A DNA stretch of 39,184 bases from a virus, in UHGV virus genome UHGV-0103155, one strand, 5' to 3'. The notes under the pieces were generated by a model. The model was not told where the DNA came from and did not search any database. It saw only the letters and a list, made by a program, of their open reading frames with translations. This document shows positions 19,097 to 27,888 of this stretch, in pieces. Positions within the stretch are counted from its first letter, which is position 1; each line of letters opens with the position of its first letter. The position numbers and the translations under genes are program-made.

Positions 19097-19422
19097 TCAC
19101 CCCCGTTACCGTAGAGGGTTTCAGCCGCTGATTTTTCTACATCACCGGAAACAGGAGCGATTGCCATATCAGTGATCTGCAGATCGGCGCTGCGATTAAC
19201 ACCATCGTCAGTTTCTCTGGCAGACAGGCCTCGAATAACAGCCTTTGCAGTTATCATCACTTCTGTTCCGACGCCCTGAGGTTGCGCCTTCAGCTTATTC
19301 AATGTGTCGTTATTAAGAGTGATGCACAGCCCCCACGGGTATTCATCGCGAGTTCTGGTTTCTCCGCTCTCATCCTGGTAGCTGTCAGTGCCGGTTTTGA
19401 GGTTTACGAGTTCCATATACAC
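19093..19422 (-). CDS. Hypothetical structural-module protein
   Basis: 109-aa ORF coupled to gp11-like gene. Confidence 0.4.
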   Translation of the reverse strand: MYMELVNLKTGTDSYQDESGETRTRDEYPWGLCITLNNDTLNKLKAQPQGVGTEVMITAKAVIRGLSARETDDGVNRSADLQITDMAIAPVSGDVEKSAAETLYGNGGE

Positions 19423-19466
19423 TCCTGCAATAAAGGGGCCGAAGCCCCTTGTCGGATTCGCGAGGC

Positions 19467-19811
19467 TTACACGCCCAGTTCTTTACGCTTATCTGCGATC
19501 TTCTCGCGGAGCGTTTCGGCTTTAGCGTTATGGTGTGGCTTCTCGTTAAAGAGCAATTCGTACTCTTCACGGAGCTTATCCAGTTCACCATCATCTGACA
19601 CATCATTGATGATTTTGGTGCTGGTTGCTGCCATTGACACCTTTCCTGCAACTTTTGCTTTTGCCTGTCTGGCTGCATCGTTAACAGGTTCCAGTGCGCT
19701 ACCAGGCTCACCTTCGTATTCGATTTCTGCCCCCTCCGGCCACAGAGTGTTATGGATATGAGAGAGGCGCAGAACGCGGTATCTTGGTTTCTCACCTGAC
19801 ATCGATATCAC
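19467..19811 (-). CDS. Hypothetical structural-module protein
   Basis: 114-aa charged ORF; hairpin (about 19432-19451) separates it from the next gene. Confidence 0.4.
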   Translation of the reverse strand: MISMSGEKPRYRVLRLSHIHNTLWPEGAEIEYEGEPGSALEPVNDAARQAKAKVAGKVSMAATSTKIINDVSDDGELDKLREEYELLFNEKPHHNAKAETLREKIADKRKELGV

Positions 19812-19812
19812 C

Positions 19813-20250
19813 TTAACCAGTTACTTTTGAGCGGATCGGATACGGCGTATTGGCATCAACATCAAGGCTGATACCAGCAGAGAATTCGCCAGCCGTTAGT
19901 GGGCCAGTTGCGACGGAGTAGTTAACACGCAGATATCGCTGAACACCGGCAGGCACCTTTGCAGAAACAACTCGTTTACCTGCTGTCAGGGCGGTCTTTG
20001 CCAGTGCGCCACTATCATAAATAGTGGTCCATGAGCTGTTATTCTCACTCGTCTGCAACTGGATGTTTACAGTTGCATCACCGCTTGCCGCGGCGGCTGT
20101 GTTAACCAGCGCCCAAAACTCAAGCGGGTAACCCACGCCGATATCACGACGTTTTCCGTCAATTGGACCGAGATCGATTACGTCAGTAGAAGCCGCGGTA
20201 TTCGTAACCGCCTGAGCTTCGGAGAACATCAACAGTTTGTCGGTGATCAT
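19813..20250 (-). CDS. Hypothetical structural protein (possible capsid decoration/staple protein)
   Basis: 145 aa, Ala/Thr/Ser-rich, immediately downstream of major capsid gene. Confidence 0.4.
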   Translation of the reverse strand: MITDKLLMFSEAQAVTNTAASTDVIDLGPIDGKRRDIGVGYPLEFWALVNTAAAASGDATVNIQLQTSENNSSWTTIYDSGALAKTALTAGKRVVSAKVPAGVQRYLRVNYSVATGPLTAGEFSAGISLDVDANTPYPIRSKVTG

Positions 20251-20301
20251 CTTCTTTCTCCATTAGTGGGTCTGTTACGACCCACAGGTTAATAACAGGC
20301 G

Positions 20302-21294
20302 TTACACCACGCGGGCTTCTGTTTCCAGAAGCGCATCAGTTTCACGGATTGGTACACCACGGAATGAAGTCCACCACTCGCCTTCTGTCTCTTTTACGCT
20401 GATCGCCAGAGATGTTTTCTCCAGAGATTGCAGATCAAGAGCCTGGCCTACAGTGCGGTTCATGTAGAACACCGGGCGACCCATGCCACGGTTTGGAATT
20501 CGATGCAGTGCTTTAACCATCAACTTCGCAATATTTGCGGCAGAGGAAGGTTCTGAAAGATTGCTGACATCGATGTTTGCAATGCGAACAACATAACGCC
20601 AGTCACGCAGAGCAAGTCCGTTGTCCCATTTGTAATGGGTACGGTAGCCTTCGTACTTGCCGCCATTAGCATCTTCCAGTGTCACCTGGCCTTTATCTTC
20701 CATCTGGATGCCAGCCTTCTGCCCTTTCGGGAAGATGCCATGCACGGTGTTTTCGCCCCACACCACTAACCAGATTGAGGTGTTATCTGTCCCCGTGCCA
20801 CCAGCATCAATGATGTTCTGAGCATTACCCGCAGACAGGCTGGAATAGCGGGAGGACAGTCCCATAAACTGCTGAGGGTTAACGCTGGAATCACCATAAA
20901 ACAGCGTCTGCGCCATCTGCTGATTCATCGCTTCAATAAATGCGCGGTCTTCAGACAGGCGGAATTCGGCGGTATTGCCGTTCAGATCAGCCAGTGACTT
21001 ATCGACTTCAGCATAGGTTTCCAGCATGCCCACGGAATCGGTTACCTGCACTGTGGTTGATTTGCTTGGCTGTACGCCATAGTTCAGCAAACGCCAGGTA
21101 GCTGAAGGTAAACCAGAACGAATGGTGGTGCGGTGTCCGGTTGGAAGGTTGCCTTCGACAAAAGGCATATCCTGAAGGATCGGGTTAGTTTGACCGAGAA
21201 GCTCGATAATCTTATCGACTTTCCCGTTTGGATCGACGCGCTTACCCCAGTCAGCCAGCGTTAGCGCAGTTAAGCCTTTAACAGACATTGTCAT
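20302..21294 (-). CDS. Major capsid protein
   Basis: 330 aa, follows scaffold gene; sequence character of HK97-fold podoviral coat proteins. Confidence 0.75.
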   Translation of the reverse strand: MTMSVKGLTALTLADWGKRVDPNGKVDKIIELLGQTNPILQDMPFVEGNLPTGHRTTIRSGLPSATWRLLNYGVQPSKSTTVQVTDSVGMLETYAEVDKSLADLNGNTAEFRLSEDRAFIEAMNQQMAQTLFYGDSSVNPQQFMGLSSRYSSLSAGNAQNIIDAGGTGTDNTSIWLVVWGENTVHGIFPKGQKAGIQMEDKGQVTLEDANGGKYEGYRTHYKWDNGLALRDWRYVVRIANIDVSNLSEPSSAANIAKLMVKALHRIPNRGMGRPVFYMNRTVGQALDLQSLEKTSLAISVKETEGEWWTSFRGVPIRETDALLETEARVV

Positions 21295-21302
21295 TTCCTC
21301 TC

Positions 21303-22004
21303 TTATTTGCCATAGAGCACTTCGGCCGCACTACGCTGGCCTTCATTACCACCGGTGACCATGCCATCTTCAGACATCGCCTTTCCGATTTTCACGAACG
21401 TTTTGACCAGATCAGGGTGATTACCCAGCCCGGTGGTGTTCAGATATTCTTTGAGTTCAGGTGTCCCGAACTGGTCAAGCGCACGCTGTGCGGCGCTAAG
21501 GTTAGAAATCAACTTGTCGCCACCGATTTCTTTGTCAGCTTTTACATCCGCAGCCCACTGCTCGGTTGTTTTCTGCCAGGCTTCTGTCTGGCGCTGCTGA
21601 ACACCTGCCAGAATCTTCGGATAAGCATCAACCAGCTTTTGCGCTTGCTCGTTGGTCAGGTTAAGTTCTCGCGCCACCGGCTCGAATTCCTTCAACGCTT
21701 CTGTATCCAGCTCTACGCCTTCGGCAGCCTGAAACTCGTACTTCTCAGGCGCACCCTCTGGTTTATCGCCGTCCTTTTTTTCATCCTGCTTATCGTTTTC
21801 AGGCTTTTTGTCATCAGCAGGTTTATCGCCATCAGCAACAGGTTGTGGCTTATCACCTTCCTGTTGTGATGGATCACCAACTGGAGCAGGGTTATCACCT
21901 GCAGGCGCTGACGGTTCTGACGCAGCCGGAGCTGCTCCACCATCGACTGGTTGCTCATTGCAAAGACGGCTATACAGCAAACGCTCAAATAAATTCATGA
22001 TCAC
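21303..22004 (-). CDS. Scaffolding protein
   Basis: 233 aa, highly acidic Pro/Asp/Lys-rich low-complexity N-half and helical C-half; between portal and capsid. Confidence 0.65.
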   Translation of the reverse strand: MIMNLFERLLYSRLCNEQPVDGGAAPAASEPSAPAGDNPAPVGDPSQQEGDKPQPVADGDKPADDKKPENDKQDEKKDGDKPEGAPEKYEFQAAEGVELDTEALKEFEPVARELNLTNEQAQKLVDAYPKILAGVQQRQTEAWQKTTEQWAADVKADKEIGGDKLISNLSAAQRALDQFGTPELKEYLNTTGLGNHPDLVKTFVKIGKAMSEDGMVTGGNEGQRSAAEVLYGK

Positions 22005-22297
22005 TCCTGTTCACTGGCCTCTTTGGCCATCTTCAAATACTGTTCAGGGCAATGCGCCATAACGCGCTGAAACAGTTCCAGCGCCAGATTGCGTTGCCCC
22101 TCATTAAATGCCATTGCCATAGCGTCCATCGGTGAGATAGCGGAAAACACACGGCCTTTCTCCAGCACCGACCAGACAACGCGACGCCCCTGTTCACTGC
22201 TCATGACAAAGCGAATGTCATCAATTTCACGCTGTGCCATGTCACGTTGCTTACGGGCGTTTTCTTCTTTCAGTTGATCGTCTTCGTAATCTGTCAT
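22001..22297 (-). CDS. Hypothetical head-module protein
   Basis: 98-aa charged ORF coupled between portal and scaffold genes. Confidence 0.4.
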   Translation of the reverse strand: MTDYEDDQLKEENARKQRDMAQREIDDIRFVMSSEQGRRVVWSVLEKGRVFSAISPMDAMAMAFNEGQRNLALELFQRVMAHCPEQYLKMAKEASEQE

Positions 22298-23973
22298 TGT
22301 GATTGCCCACCCTGACCACTAACTGCATTAGCCATAGCTGACAAAACACTCGGATCCGAAGTTTTAGCTTCGCTTAGCGTCTTGGCACCCTGTGCCGCCG
22401 CCATCCCCATCGCCATCATTTGTTGCTGCTGTTGCTGCTGTGCCCGTTGCTGGCGAGCCTGCTCAACCTGTTCCTGCGGAACAATGACGGTTGGAGACAC
22501 TCCGGACATATCAGCGAATGCATCGATCGCCTGATCAACGTTGAGTTTGTCGAGAGCTTCTGGTTTCGCTTGCGCAAGTTGACCAATGAAGTTAACCGTG
22601 GACGCCAGACTGGACAGGCCGATAGACTTCTGCGCCTGAGCCATGACGGAAATGTATTCGACCTTCAGGGGCATACCTTCCATCGCGTCAGGCGGTGGCG
22701 GCAGCATGTTTTTACGCACCATCATCGAGAAAGCGCGGTCAATGAGAGGGTTAAGACATTCGTCGTTCAGACGCTCCAGAACCGGCCCCAACATCAGAAG
22801 CTTTTCTTCTTTCATTTCGATCACTGCTTCAACAGGCATCGAGCGGGTATTGATGTTCTGCAACATCATGAACAGATCGACAAAGTAGGCGCTGTTAATG
22901 ATTTGACGGGTGTCCTGAATGTCTGCTACCAAATCTGCTGTACTGGGGTTAACCAGATAAGCAGGCCTGAAGCAATCCTGACCAGTAATCTGATCGATAT
23001 ACGTGATGTCGCCAGGAAGAAGGGAGGCGCGCTGATTCTTGAGGGAAGTCGGAGCAACCATCGGCGGATCGGTGGCTTTATCAATCAACTGCGACTTGCG
23101 CTTCTGGAGAAGCTGCAATGCCTTAACAGGTCCAAGCGCCAGCATACCCGGGCATGATGATCCATAAACATCTTCGCCGTTAACTTCCCAGCGCGGAGCC
23201 ATAATTGGAAACTCATCGAATCCGGACTCACGCAACAACTTGTCGTTATCGCCACCAACCTCGTAATAAACCGATTTGAATGGCTTGTTCTTGCTATCCA
23301 GCTTCGATGTATCGCGGTCAATGTTCGGGTAAACCGAATGCATCACTTCAATCCACTTCTCGTAGGTGCCGCTTTCCCACATGCTTTTTACGGATTCGCT
23401 GACGTTATTTAGCCCGAACTCCTGAACAAGCTGACGAACAGTCATAGAGAACTTGCGAAAACAGGTGTCCACACTGCCACGAGGTGAGTTAGCCAGGTAG
23501 TAACTGCCTATCGGGAATGGCATTGTGCGAATGATGTCCTCGTCATCCTCCAGCACCGCCATTGCACCAGTGCTGTATGTGCCGAGGCTTCCGTATAACT
23601 GCGGAAGAGACTGGTAGAGATTCGACTTATTGAACATATCGTTCATGCGGTTCTGCACCGCCTCAAGCCACAACTTAACAGGGCCATAATCCATCATTTC
23701 AGGATCTGGCGTAGCCAGGCGAAACCACGGACGCGCGGGGCTTGTGATGCCTGACATCATGCCGCTGGCGAGAGTGCGCGCCGCCATAGTCCCGGTCGAA
23801 TCAATAATGCGTGTATTGCGTCGATCGTTACGGTTGACCTCAGAAGTCAGAAAGCGGGAACCACGCGGGTTGATGTAATCACTCAACTCGCGCCAGTGCG
23901 GCTCGAACGACTGACGCTCGCTTTCAAGTTGTGCGAACTGTTTGTTCAATCGCTCTTTAGTTGTTTCCGCCAT
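22294..23973 (-). CDS. Portal protein
   Basis: 559 aa, downstream of large terminase, Gln/Ala-rich C-terminal tail, upstream of scaffold/capsid. Confidence 0.8.
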   Translation of the reverse strand: MAETTKERLNKQFAQLESERQSFEPHWRELSDYINPRGSRFLTSEVNRNDRRNTRIIDSTGTMAARTLASGMMSGITSPARPWFRLATPDPEMMDYGPVKLWLEAVQNRMNDMFNKSNLYQSLPQLYGSLGTYSTGAMAVLEDDEDIIRTMPFPIGSYYLANSPRGSVDTCFRKFSMTVRQLVQEFGLNNVSESVKSMWESGTYEKWIEVMHSVYPNIDRDTSKLDSKNKPFKSVYYEVGGDNDKLLRESGFDEFPIMAPRWEVNGEDVYGSSCPGMLALGPVKALQLLQKRKSQLIDKATDPPMVAPTSLKNQRASLLPGDITYIDQITGQDCFRPAYLVNPSTADLVADIQDTRQIINSAYFVDLFMMLQNINTRSMPVEAVIEMKEEKLLMLGPVLERLNDECLNPLIDRAFSMMVRKNMLPPPPDAMEGMPLKVEYISVMAQAQKSIGLSSLASTVNFIGQLAQAKPEALDKLNVDQAIDAFADMSGVSPTVIVPQEQVEQARQQRAQQQQQQQMMAMGMAAAQGAKTLSEAKTSDPSVLSAMANAVSGQGGQSQ

Positions 23974-23987
23974 TTCAATGACTCCGG

Positions 23988-24194
23988 TTACTGACCAAGC
24001 AGCGTTTTACCGCTGGTATTAGCGGTTGATTTGTCGCCCTGAGAACCGGTAAGCAGCGTAGAACTACGACCAGCAGCAGCGCGACGGCGACGAGTTTCTT
24101 CGTCGCGGGCATCAACAACGGCGGCATCCTGCTCCTGTGGTGCTGCCTGAACTTCTGGTGTTGCAGGCACTGATGGTGAGCTACCCATGCACAT
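23988..24194 (-). CDS. Hypothetical small protein upstream of portal
   Basis: 68 aa; its RBS/start context (GGAGTCATTGAT-ATG) nearly duplicates that of portal. Confidence 0.35.
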   Translation of the reverse strand: MCMGSSPSVPATPEVQAAPQEQDAAVVDARDEETRRRRAAAGRSSTLLTGSQGDKSTANTSGKTLLGQ

Positions 24195-24262
24195 ATCAAT
24201 GACTCCGTACGCAATTAAACTATTACCAATTTAACCACATATGATTTATTTATCGTAGATAG

Positions 24263-24299
24263 TTGACATTTAACGCACAAATTATTACCTTTCAGGTAA
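24263..24299 (+). promoter_or_regulatory. Promoter (-35 TTGACA) with overlapping operator-like site TTACCTTTCAGGTAA
   Basis: Consensus -35 hexamer followed about 17 bp later by AT-rich -10 region overlapping a perfect TTACC-N5-GGTAA palindrome. Confidence 0.45.
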
Positions 24300-24620
24300 C
24301 CAAAGAGTTCATTCCGGTTACTAACCTGACTGGCTTGTCGTTAAATTGAACAGGTGGAGTGAGCTTTTATTTTGAGCAGTACGGCGTATGGCACATGCGC
24401 CGGTAGCGGTCTGGATACGTTTAAGGGGCACCCTCCCTTGCTCGGGAAAACGAACCAGGTAGCCGGAATGTGCAAGTCGAGCGGTTTTATTCCGCGCACG
24501 GGGATTCACCATCCCGGCGATTCGGTGTGACGCCTCGGAAGAGACGAGGGTACAACGATGAGAGCATTTATGGAGCCGCGACAAAGTGTGGCGCCTTAAC
24601 AGGCTAAGTGCTCTCAGCGT
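24300..24620 (+). ncRNA. Unassigned GC-rich structured non-coding leader upstream of tRNA-Arg (candidate ncRNA or degenerate tRNA remnant)
   Basis: No credible ORF on either strand; several internal inverted repeats; lies between promoter and tRNA. Confidence 0.2.
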
Positions 24621-24621
24621 T

Positions 24622-24698
24622 GTGGCATTAGCTCAGTTGGACAGAGCAACCGCCTTCTAAGCGGTTGGTCGCAGGTTCGAATCCTGCATGCCACGCCA
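24622..24698 (+). tRNA. tRNA-Arg (anticodon UCU)
   Basis: Cloverleaf readable: acceptor GTGGCAT/ATGCCAC, D-loop AGCTCAGTTGG, anticodon loop CTTCTAA, T-loop GGTTCGAATCC, 3' GCCA. Confidence 0.9.
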
Positions 24699-24742
24699 GA
24701 ATCACGCCTAAGGACCGTGATGCCAGAAGTTCCAGGGGCTTG

Positions 24743-24790
24743 GCGGTGATGGTTTCCCTTGAAGGGCTATCACCGCCCTTTTTACAGCAG
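24743..24790 (+). terminator. Hairpin GGCGGTGAT…ATCACCGCC followed by CTTTTT
   Basis: 9-bp stem with larger loop and T-run, just downstream of tRNA. Confidence 0.4.
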
Positions 24791-24857
24791 GACGCCATTG
24801 CGATGACTTCATGCTGTAAACCAGTACAGCCACGGAAGGCATAACTCATTGCTTCCA

Positions 24858-24882
24858 GTTCGCCCGGTTCGCCGGGCATTTT
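24858..24882 (+). terminator. Hairpin GCCCGG-TTCG-CCGGGC followed by ATTTTTTT (terminator or attenuator directly before the Gp49-like gene RBS)
   Basis: Perfect 6-bp GC stem, tetraloop, T7 run. Confidence 0.5.
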
Positions 24883-24901
24883 TTTAAGGTGAGATTAGAC
24901 T

Positions 24902-25273
24902 ATGAGTGACAAAGACATTGAATCTGAAATTCAGGCTAAAGGTTTAGCCGCGCCGCGCGTTACGCCAGACCATATCGAGAGCATTATTGCTCAGGAGGCA
25001 TATTTCACAGCAGAAGATGGTGTCTTTGGCGTAGCCATAAAAGCGAAACATACTGGCGGAGAGGTAAACTACCAGCCGCACGAATCACTTTCTCTGCTGA
25101 CGTTCTGCGTTCTGGTGCTGCGCAACGGCTTCACCGTCACCGGAGAGAGCGCCTGTGCAAGCCCGGAAAACTTTGATGCGGAAATTGGTCGGAAGATTGC
25201 CCGGCAGAATGCTGTAAACAAAATCTGGATGCTTGAAGGTTACTTGCTGAAGCAGAAGTTAAGCGAGCAATAA
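24902..25273 (+). CDS. Gp49-like phage protein (function unknown)
   Basis: 123 aa with AAGGTGAG RBS; sequence recalls the Gp49-type small phage proteins; opposite strand to flanking structural genes. Confidence 0.5.
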   Translation: MSDKDIESEIQAKGLAAPRVTPDHIESIIAQEAYFTAEDGVFGVAIKAKHTGGEVNYQPHESLSLLTFCVLVLRNGFTVTGESACASPENFDAEIGRKIARQNAVNKIWMLEGYLLKQKLSEQ

Positions 25274-25277
25274 CACC

Positions 25278-25289
25278 GTGACATGTCAC
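25278..25289. promoter_or_regulatory. 12-bp perfect palindrome GTGACATGTCAC (copy 2 of 3)
   Basis: Immediately after the Gp49-like stop codon, in the convergent gap facing the large terminase gene. Confidence 0.5.
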
Positions 25290-25320
25290 AAACAGCCAGC
25301 CGATGAGCTGGCTTTGTTTT
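25290..25320 (+). terminator. Rho-independent terminator
   Basis: Stem AGCCAGC/GCTGGCT then TTTGTTTT. Confidence 0.55.
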
Positions 25321-25363
25321 ATCCTCACCAGAGGATATCTCCGTCATTATCCCCGCTAACGGA

Positions 25364-26839
25364 TTAAGCATAGGGATCGTAATCTGTGATGGCCTTGCCT
25401 TGCTGGTTCTGCTGACCGGGAATTCGCAGACGCTTCGACACAGGGAACGCAAACGTCAGCAGTAGCGCATCGCCTTTACCAGGAGAACGCCCAAGCCGCT
25501 CTTTGATATCTTCCTTCGGTTCGATAACGATTTTACCGTCCACTCGAACTTTGTACTCTGCCGCCGACAGGTCGTCCGCTGTTTCATGGTCATCCAGCAT
25601 GCCGCCAAGCCTCAGCCATGTCTTGCATGAGTTGAACATCTCCCCACGCTTGTTGAGCATCTGCGGGTCAGTAGACGCGCCACCGAACGGAACAAGTTGC
25701 CATGTACGACCCCAGCCGTCACCGATTGACTTCAAACCGGTTCCGTAACCAAAGTCGATGAACACCGCGTCAGCCTGATACTGGTCTTCAAAGTCAGCGA
25801 TACGCTTCGCCATAATCAGATCGTCGGTAGTCTTGTTTCCAGTCCACAGCACCTTACTGTGTAGCCCCTGCCGCAGGTATATCACCGCGTCATCAACGCC
25901 TGAATATGCCGGGTCAACGCCGATTATCACCGGAGCATGTGCAACCTGCGCAGCGGTTACCACCCGTTTCATTGCCTCGTCAGTAAGGCCGGTAGGGATA
26001 AACTGCAATTCAGATGCATCAGGGAATATGCCACGCACACGGATTTTAACGAAGTCGCTGTCTTCCCCGTAGTCATCAACCCATTTCTGCAACTGCTGTT
26101 TGTTGGTACCTTCCACCGTCCGACTGTCAATCTGCGCAGTTTTCCAGCGGTGTTTATACTTGCGGAAACATTCACGGAAACGTCCGGTATTACGCGTCGG
26201 GTTTCCGAACGCCACCCAGATAATCTCAGTGTCTTCGTCCGTTAGCGCACCCTCGGCAACTTCCCACACCAGATCCGCAATGTTCGACGCTTCATCGAAT
26301 ACCACGATGATGCGTTTGCGCTCATTGTGTAATCCGGCGAATGCCTCAGTGTTGTGCTCAGACCAGGGGATTGCGTCAGCTCGCCACCGCTTGTCGTGCC
26401 CAGGGTCATTGCTGTACATCGCGGTAGCGGTACAGGTAAACCAGTCTTTCGTGATAGCAAGGTTCGACCACTTGATAATTTCCGGCCATGTCTTCGTTCG
26501 TAGCTGGTTGTCGGTGTTGGCGGTCACCACGACCTTACAATCCTCGCAAGTGGACATGCCCCAGTTGATCAGCATTGAGATGAATGCGGATTTACCAATA
26601 CCGTGACCCGAAGCACGTGCCAGCATAAGCGGCTGATAGCGCGTCTCTGGATTCTGCAGGTGGTCACGTATCTCTCGGAACGCATCGGCCTGCCACTGAC
26701 GTGGACCGGTGGCATGTGCCAGTTCAGTCCCCTCTTCCCCCCACGGGAACGCATAGAGGGCATAGCCAAGCGGATCGTGAGTGAACCCTGCAATATCCTC
26801 GATCAACTGCTCTTCAGGAGATAACGCTGTATCTGTCAC
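25364..26839 (-). CDS. Terminase large subunit
   Basis: 491 aa; N-terminal ATPase region with Walker A-like GHGIGKS and C-terminal nuclease-like region; coupled to small subunit gene (ATGA overlap). Confidence 0.85.
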   Translation of the reverse strand: MTDTALSPEEQLIEDIAGFTHDPLGYALYAFPWGEEGTELAHATGPRQWQADAFREIRDHLQNPETRYQPLMLARASGHGIGKSAFISMLINWGMSTCEDCKVVVTANTDNQLRTKTWPEIIKWSNLAITKDWFTCTATAMYSNDPGHDKRWRADAIPWSEHNTEAFAGLHNERKRIIVVFDEASNIADLVWEVAEGALTDEDTEIIWVAFGNPTRNTGRFRECFRKYKHRWKTAQIDSRTVEGTNKQQLQKWVDDYGEDSDFVKIRVRGIFPDASELQFIPTGLTDEAMKRVVTAAQVAHAPVIIGVDPAYSGVDDAVIYLRQGLHSKVLWTGNKTTDDLIMAKRIADFEDQYQADAVFIDFGYGTGLKSIGDGWGRTWQLVPFGGASTDPQMLNKRGEMFNSCKTWLRLGGMLDDHETADDLSAAEYKVRVDGKIVIEPKEDIKERLGRSPGKGDALLLTFAFPVSKRLRIPGQQNQQGKAITDYDPYA

Positions 26840-27432
26840 TGATTACCATCCTGACGTTCTTTGAGTCGCTTCCTGGCTGCCGCTATGCGATCAGCAATTG
26901 TCACATTCACATTAACATCCAGGCGTTCTTTGAACGCGTTGACGTCGACGTGCTTACCAATCAGTTCGAGGTTCTTCACCTTGTCAGGCCATTTAATTTT
27001 TTTGAGGATTGTCTCTATCGAATCCTCGTTCATGTTCATGATGGTCGATGACAGATCAAAGCCACTAAGCGTAGTGCGCCAGATTTTCGGCCACTCGCGG
27101 ATTGGCTTAAGGCTCCCATCGTCGTTGAGGATGTCGATCACGTCCATCTGGTCGATCTCCACCAGGCGCATGAGAACGTAATCAGCACTGACGCGCATTC
27201 GTTTGTTGCGCTCCTCCATCAACTCGGCAATCCGTTTTTGAATGCGTTCATCGCGCATCATGACACTGGCTTTAACTGCCGCTGTATTTGGGGAGAATCC
27301 TGCGTTAATCGCTGCCTGAGTCTGGTTTTCAGGCGTTTTGATGTATGACTGGCAATAAGCCTCCTGCATTGCTGTTAGTGGCTTAAATTGCGTTGATTTG
27401 CGTTTATAGGTTTTAGGTTCAGCAGGCATCAT
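26836..27432 (-). CDS. Terminase small subunit
   Basis: About 200 aa from internal start (MMPAEPK…) with AAGGTGG RBS; immediately upstream of and coupled to large terminase. Confidence 0.6.
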   Translation of the reverse strand: MMPAEPKTYKRKSTQFKPLTAMQEAYCQSYIKTPENQTQAAINAGFSPNTAAVKASVMMRDERIQKRIAELMEERNKRMRVSADYVLMRLVEIDQMDVIDILNDDGSLKPIREWPKIWRTTLSGFDLSSTIMNMNEDSIETILKKIKWPDKVKNLELIGKHVDVNAFKERLDVNVNVTIADRIAAARKRLKERQDGNQ

Positions 27433-27449
27433 AACCACCTTGGTAATAG

Positions 27450-27464
27450 TTACCGTTGTGGTAA
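27450..27464. promoter_or_regulatory. Palindromic operator-like site TTACCGTTGTGGTAA in small-terminase leader
   Basis: Perfect TTACC-N5-GGTAA about 20 bp upstream of the small terminase start, with additional half-sites around. Confidence 0.4.
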
Positions 27465-27541
27465 TAGTACCATGCAAAATAAAGCCGCCATAGTTGGCGG
27501 CAGTATTCAAAACCATCAAATTCATCATGCATAATCTACTC

Positions 27542-27553
27542 GTGACATGTCAC
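27542..27553. promoter_or_regulatory. 12-bp perfect palindrome GTGACATGTCAC (copy 3 of 3)
   Basis: Overlaps the stop codon of the 27550-27888 gene at the early/late boundary upstream of the terminase genes. Confidence 0.5.
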
Positions 27554-27888
27554 ACTATTAATTTCGTTTCATGCCAGCCTTTAGTCACCCAGCATTGCGA
27601 GTCACCATCACACGGGCATGAATTCACAGGAACTCTCTCGCCGCACTTACCGCAACGTTTTCTGCTGATCGATTTTATACGCCCGTGCACGCGTGCATCA
27701 TCCTGGCGGATCAGTAACGCTATATACTCACCAAATTCGTAAGGCGCACGCCCGGGGCGACGCGTGGCACAGTTACGCTCCAGCATTTCAATTTCCTGAG
27801 CATCAAGCACAATTTCCAGCTTACGCACACCAGATGCAGCTTGTCTGGCTCTCTGAGCGGCTTTGCGCTCTGCTGCTGATTTAGCCAT
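27550..27888 (-). CDS. Small basic protein with C-terminal Cys-rich zinc-ribbon-like motif (candidate DNA-binding regulator)
   Basis: About 112 aa; Arg/Ala-rich N-terminus, C-terminal CGKCG…CPCDG; last gene before terminase. Confidence 0.4.
   Translation of the reverse strand: MAKSAAERKAAQRARQAASGVRKLEIVLDAQEIEMLERNCATRRPGRAPYEFGEYIALLIRQDDARVHGRIKSISRKRCGKCGERVPVNSCPCDGDSQCWVTKGWHETKLIV

Noticed and set aside
23975-24214. 79-aa alternative-frame ORF overlapping the 68-aa ORF upstream of portal
   Set aside because: Same locus in a different frame; the 23988-24194 frame has the better RBS and start context, so only that one was kept
24321-24879. Minus-strand ORFs 24321-24584 and 24628-24879
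   Set aside because: The second overlaps the tRNA-Arg gene and both have Arg-rich, non-protein-like composition; region interpreted as non-coding RNA territory
25503-26824. Plus-strand ORFs antisense to the large terminase gene
   Set aside because: Shadow ORFs within a high-confidence terminase reading frame
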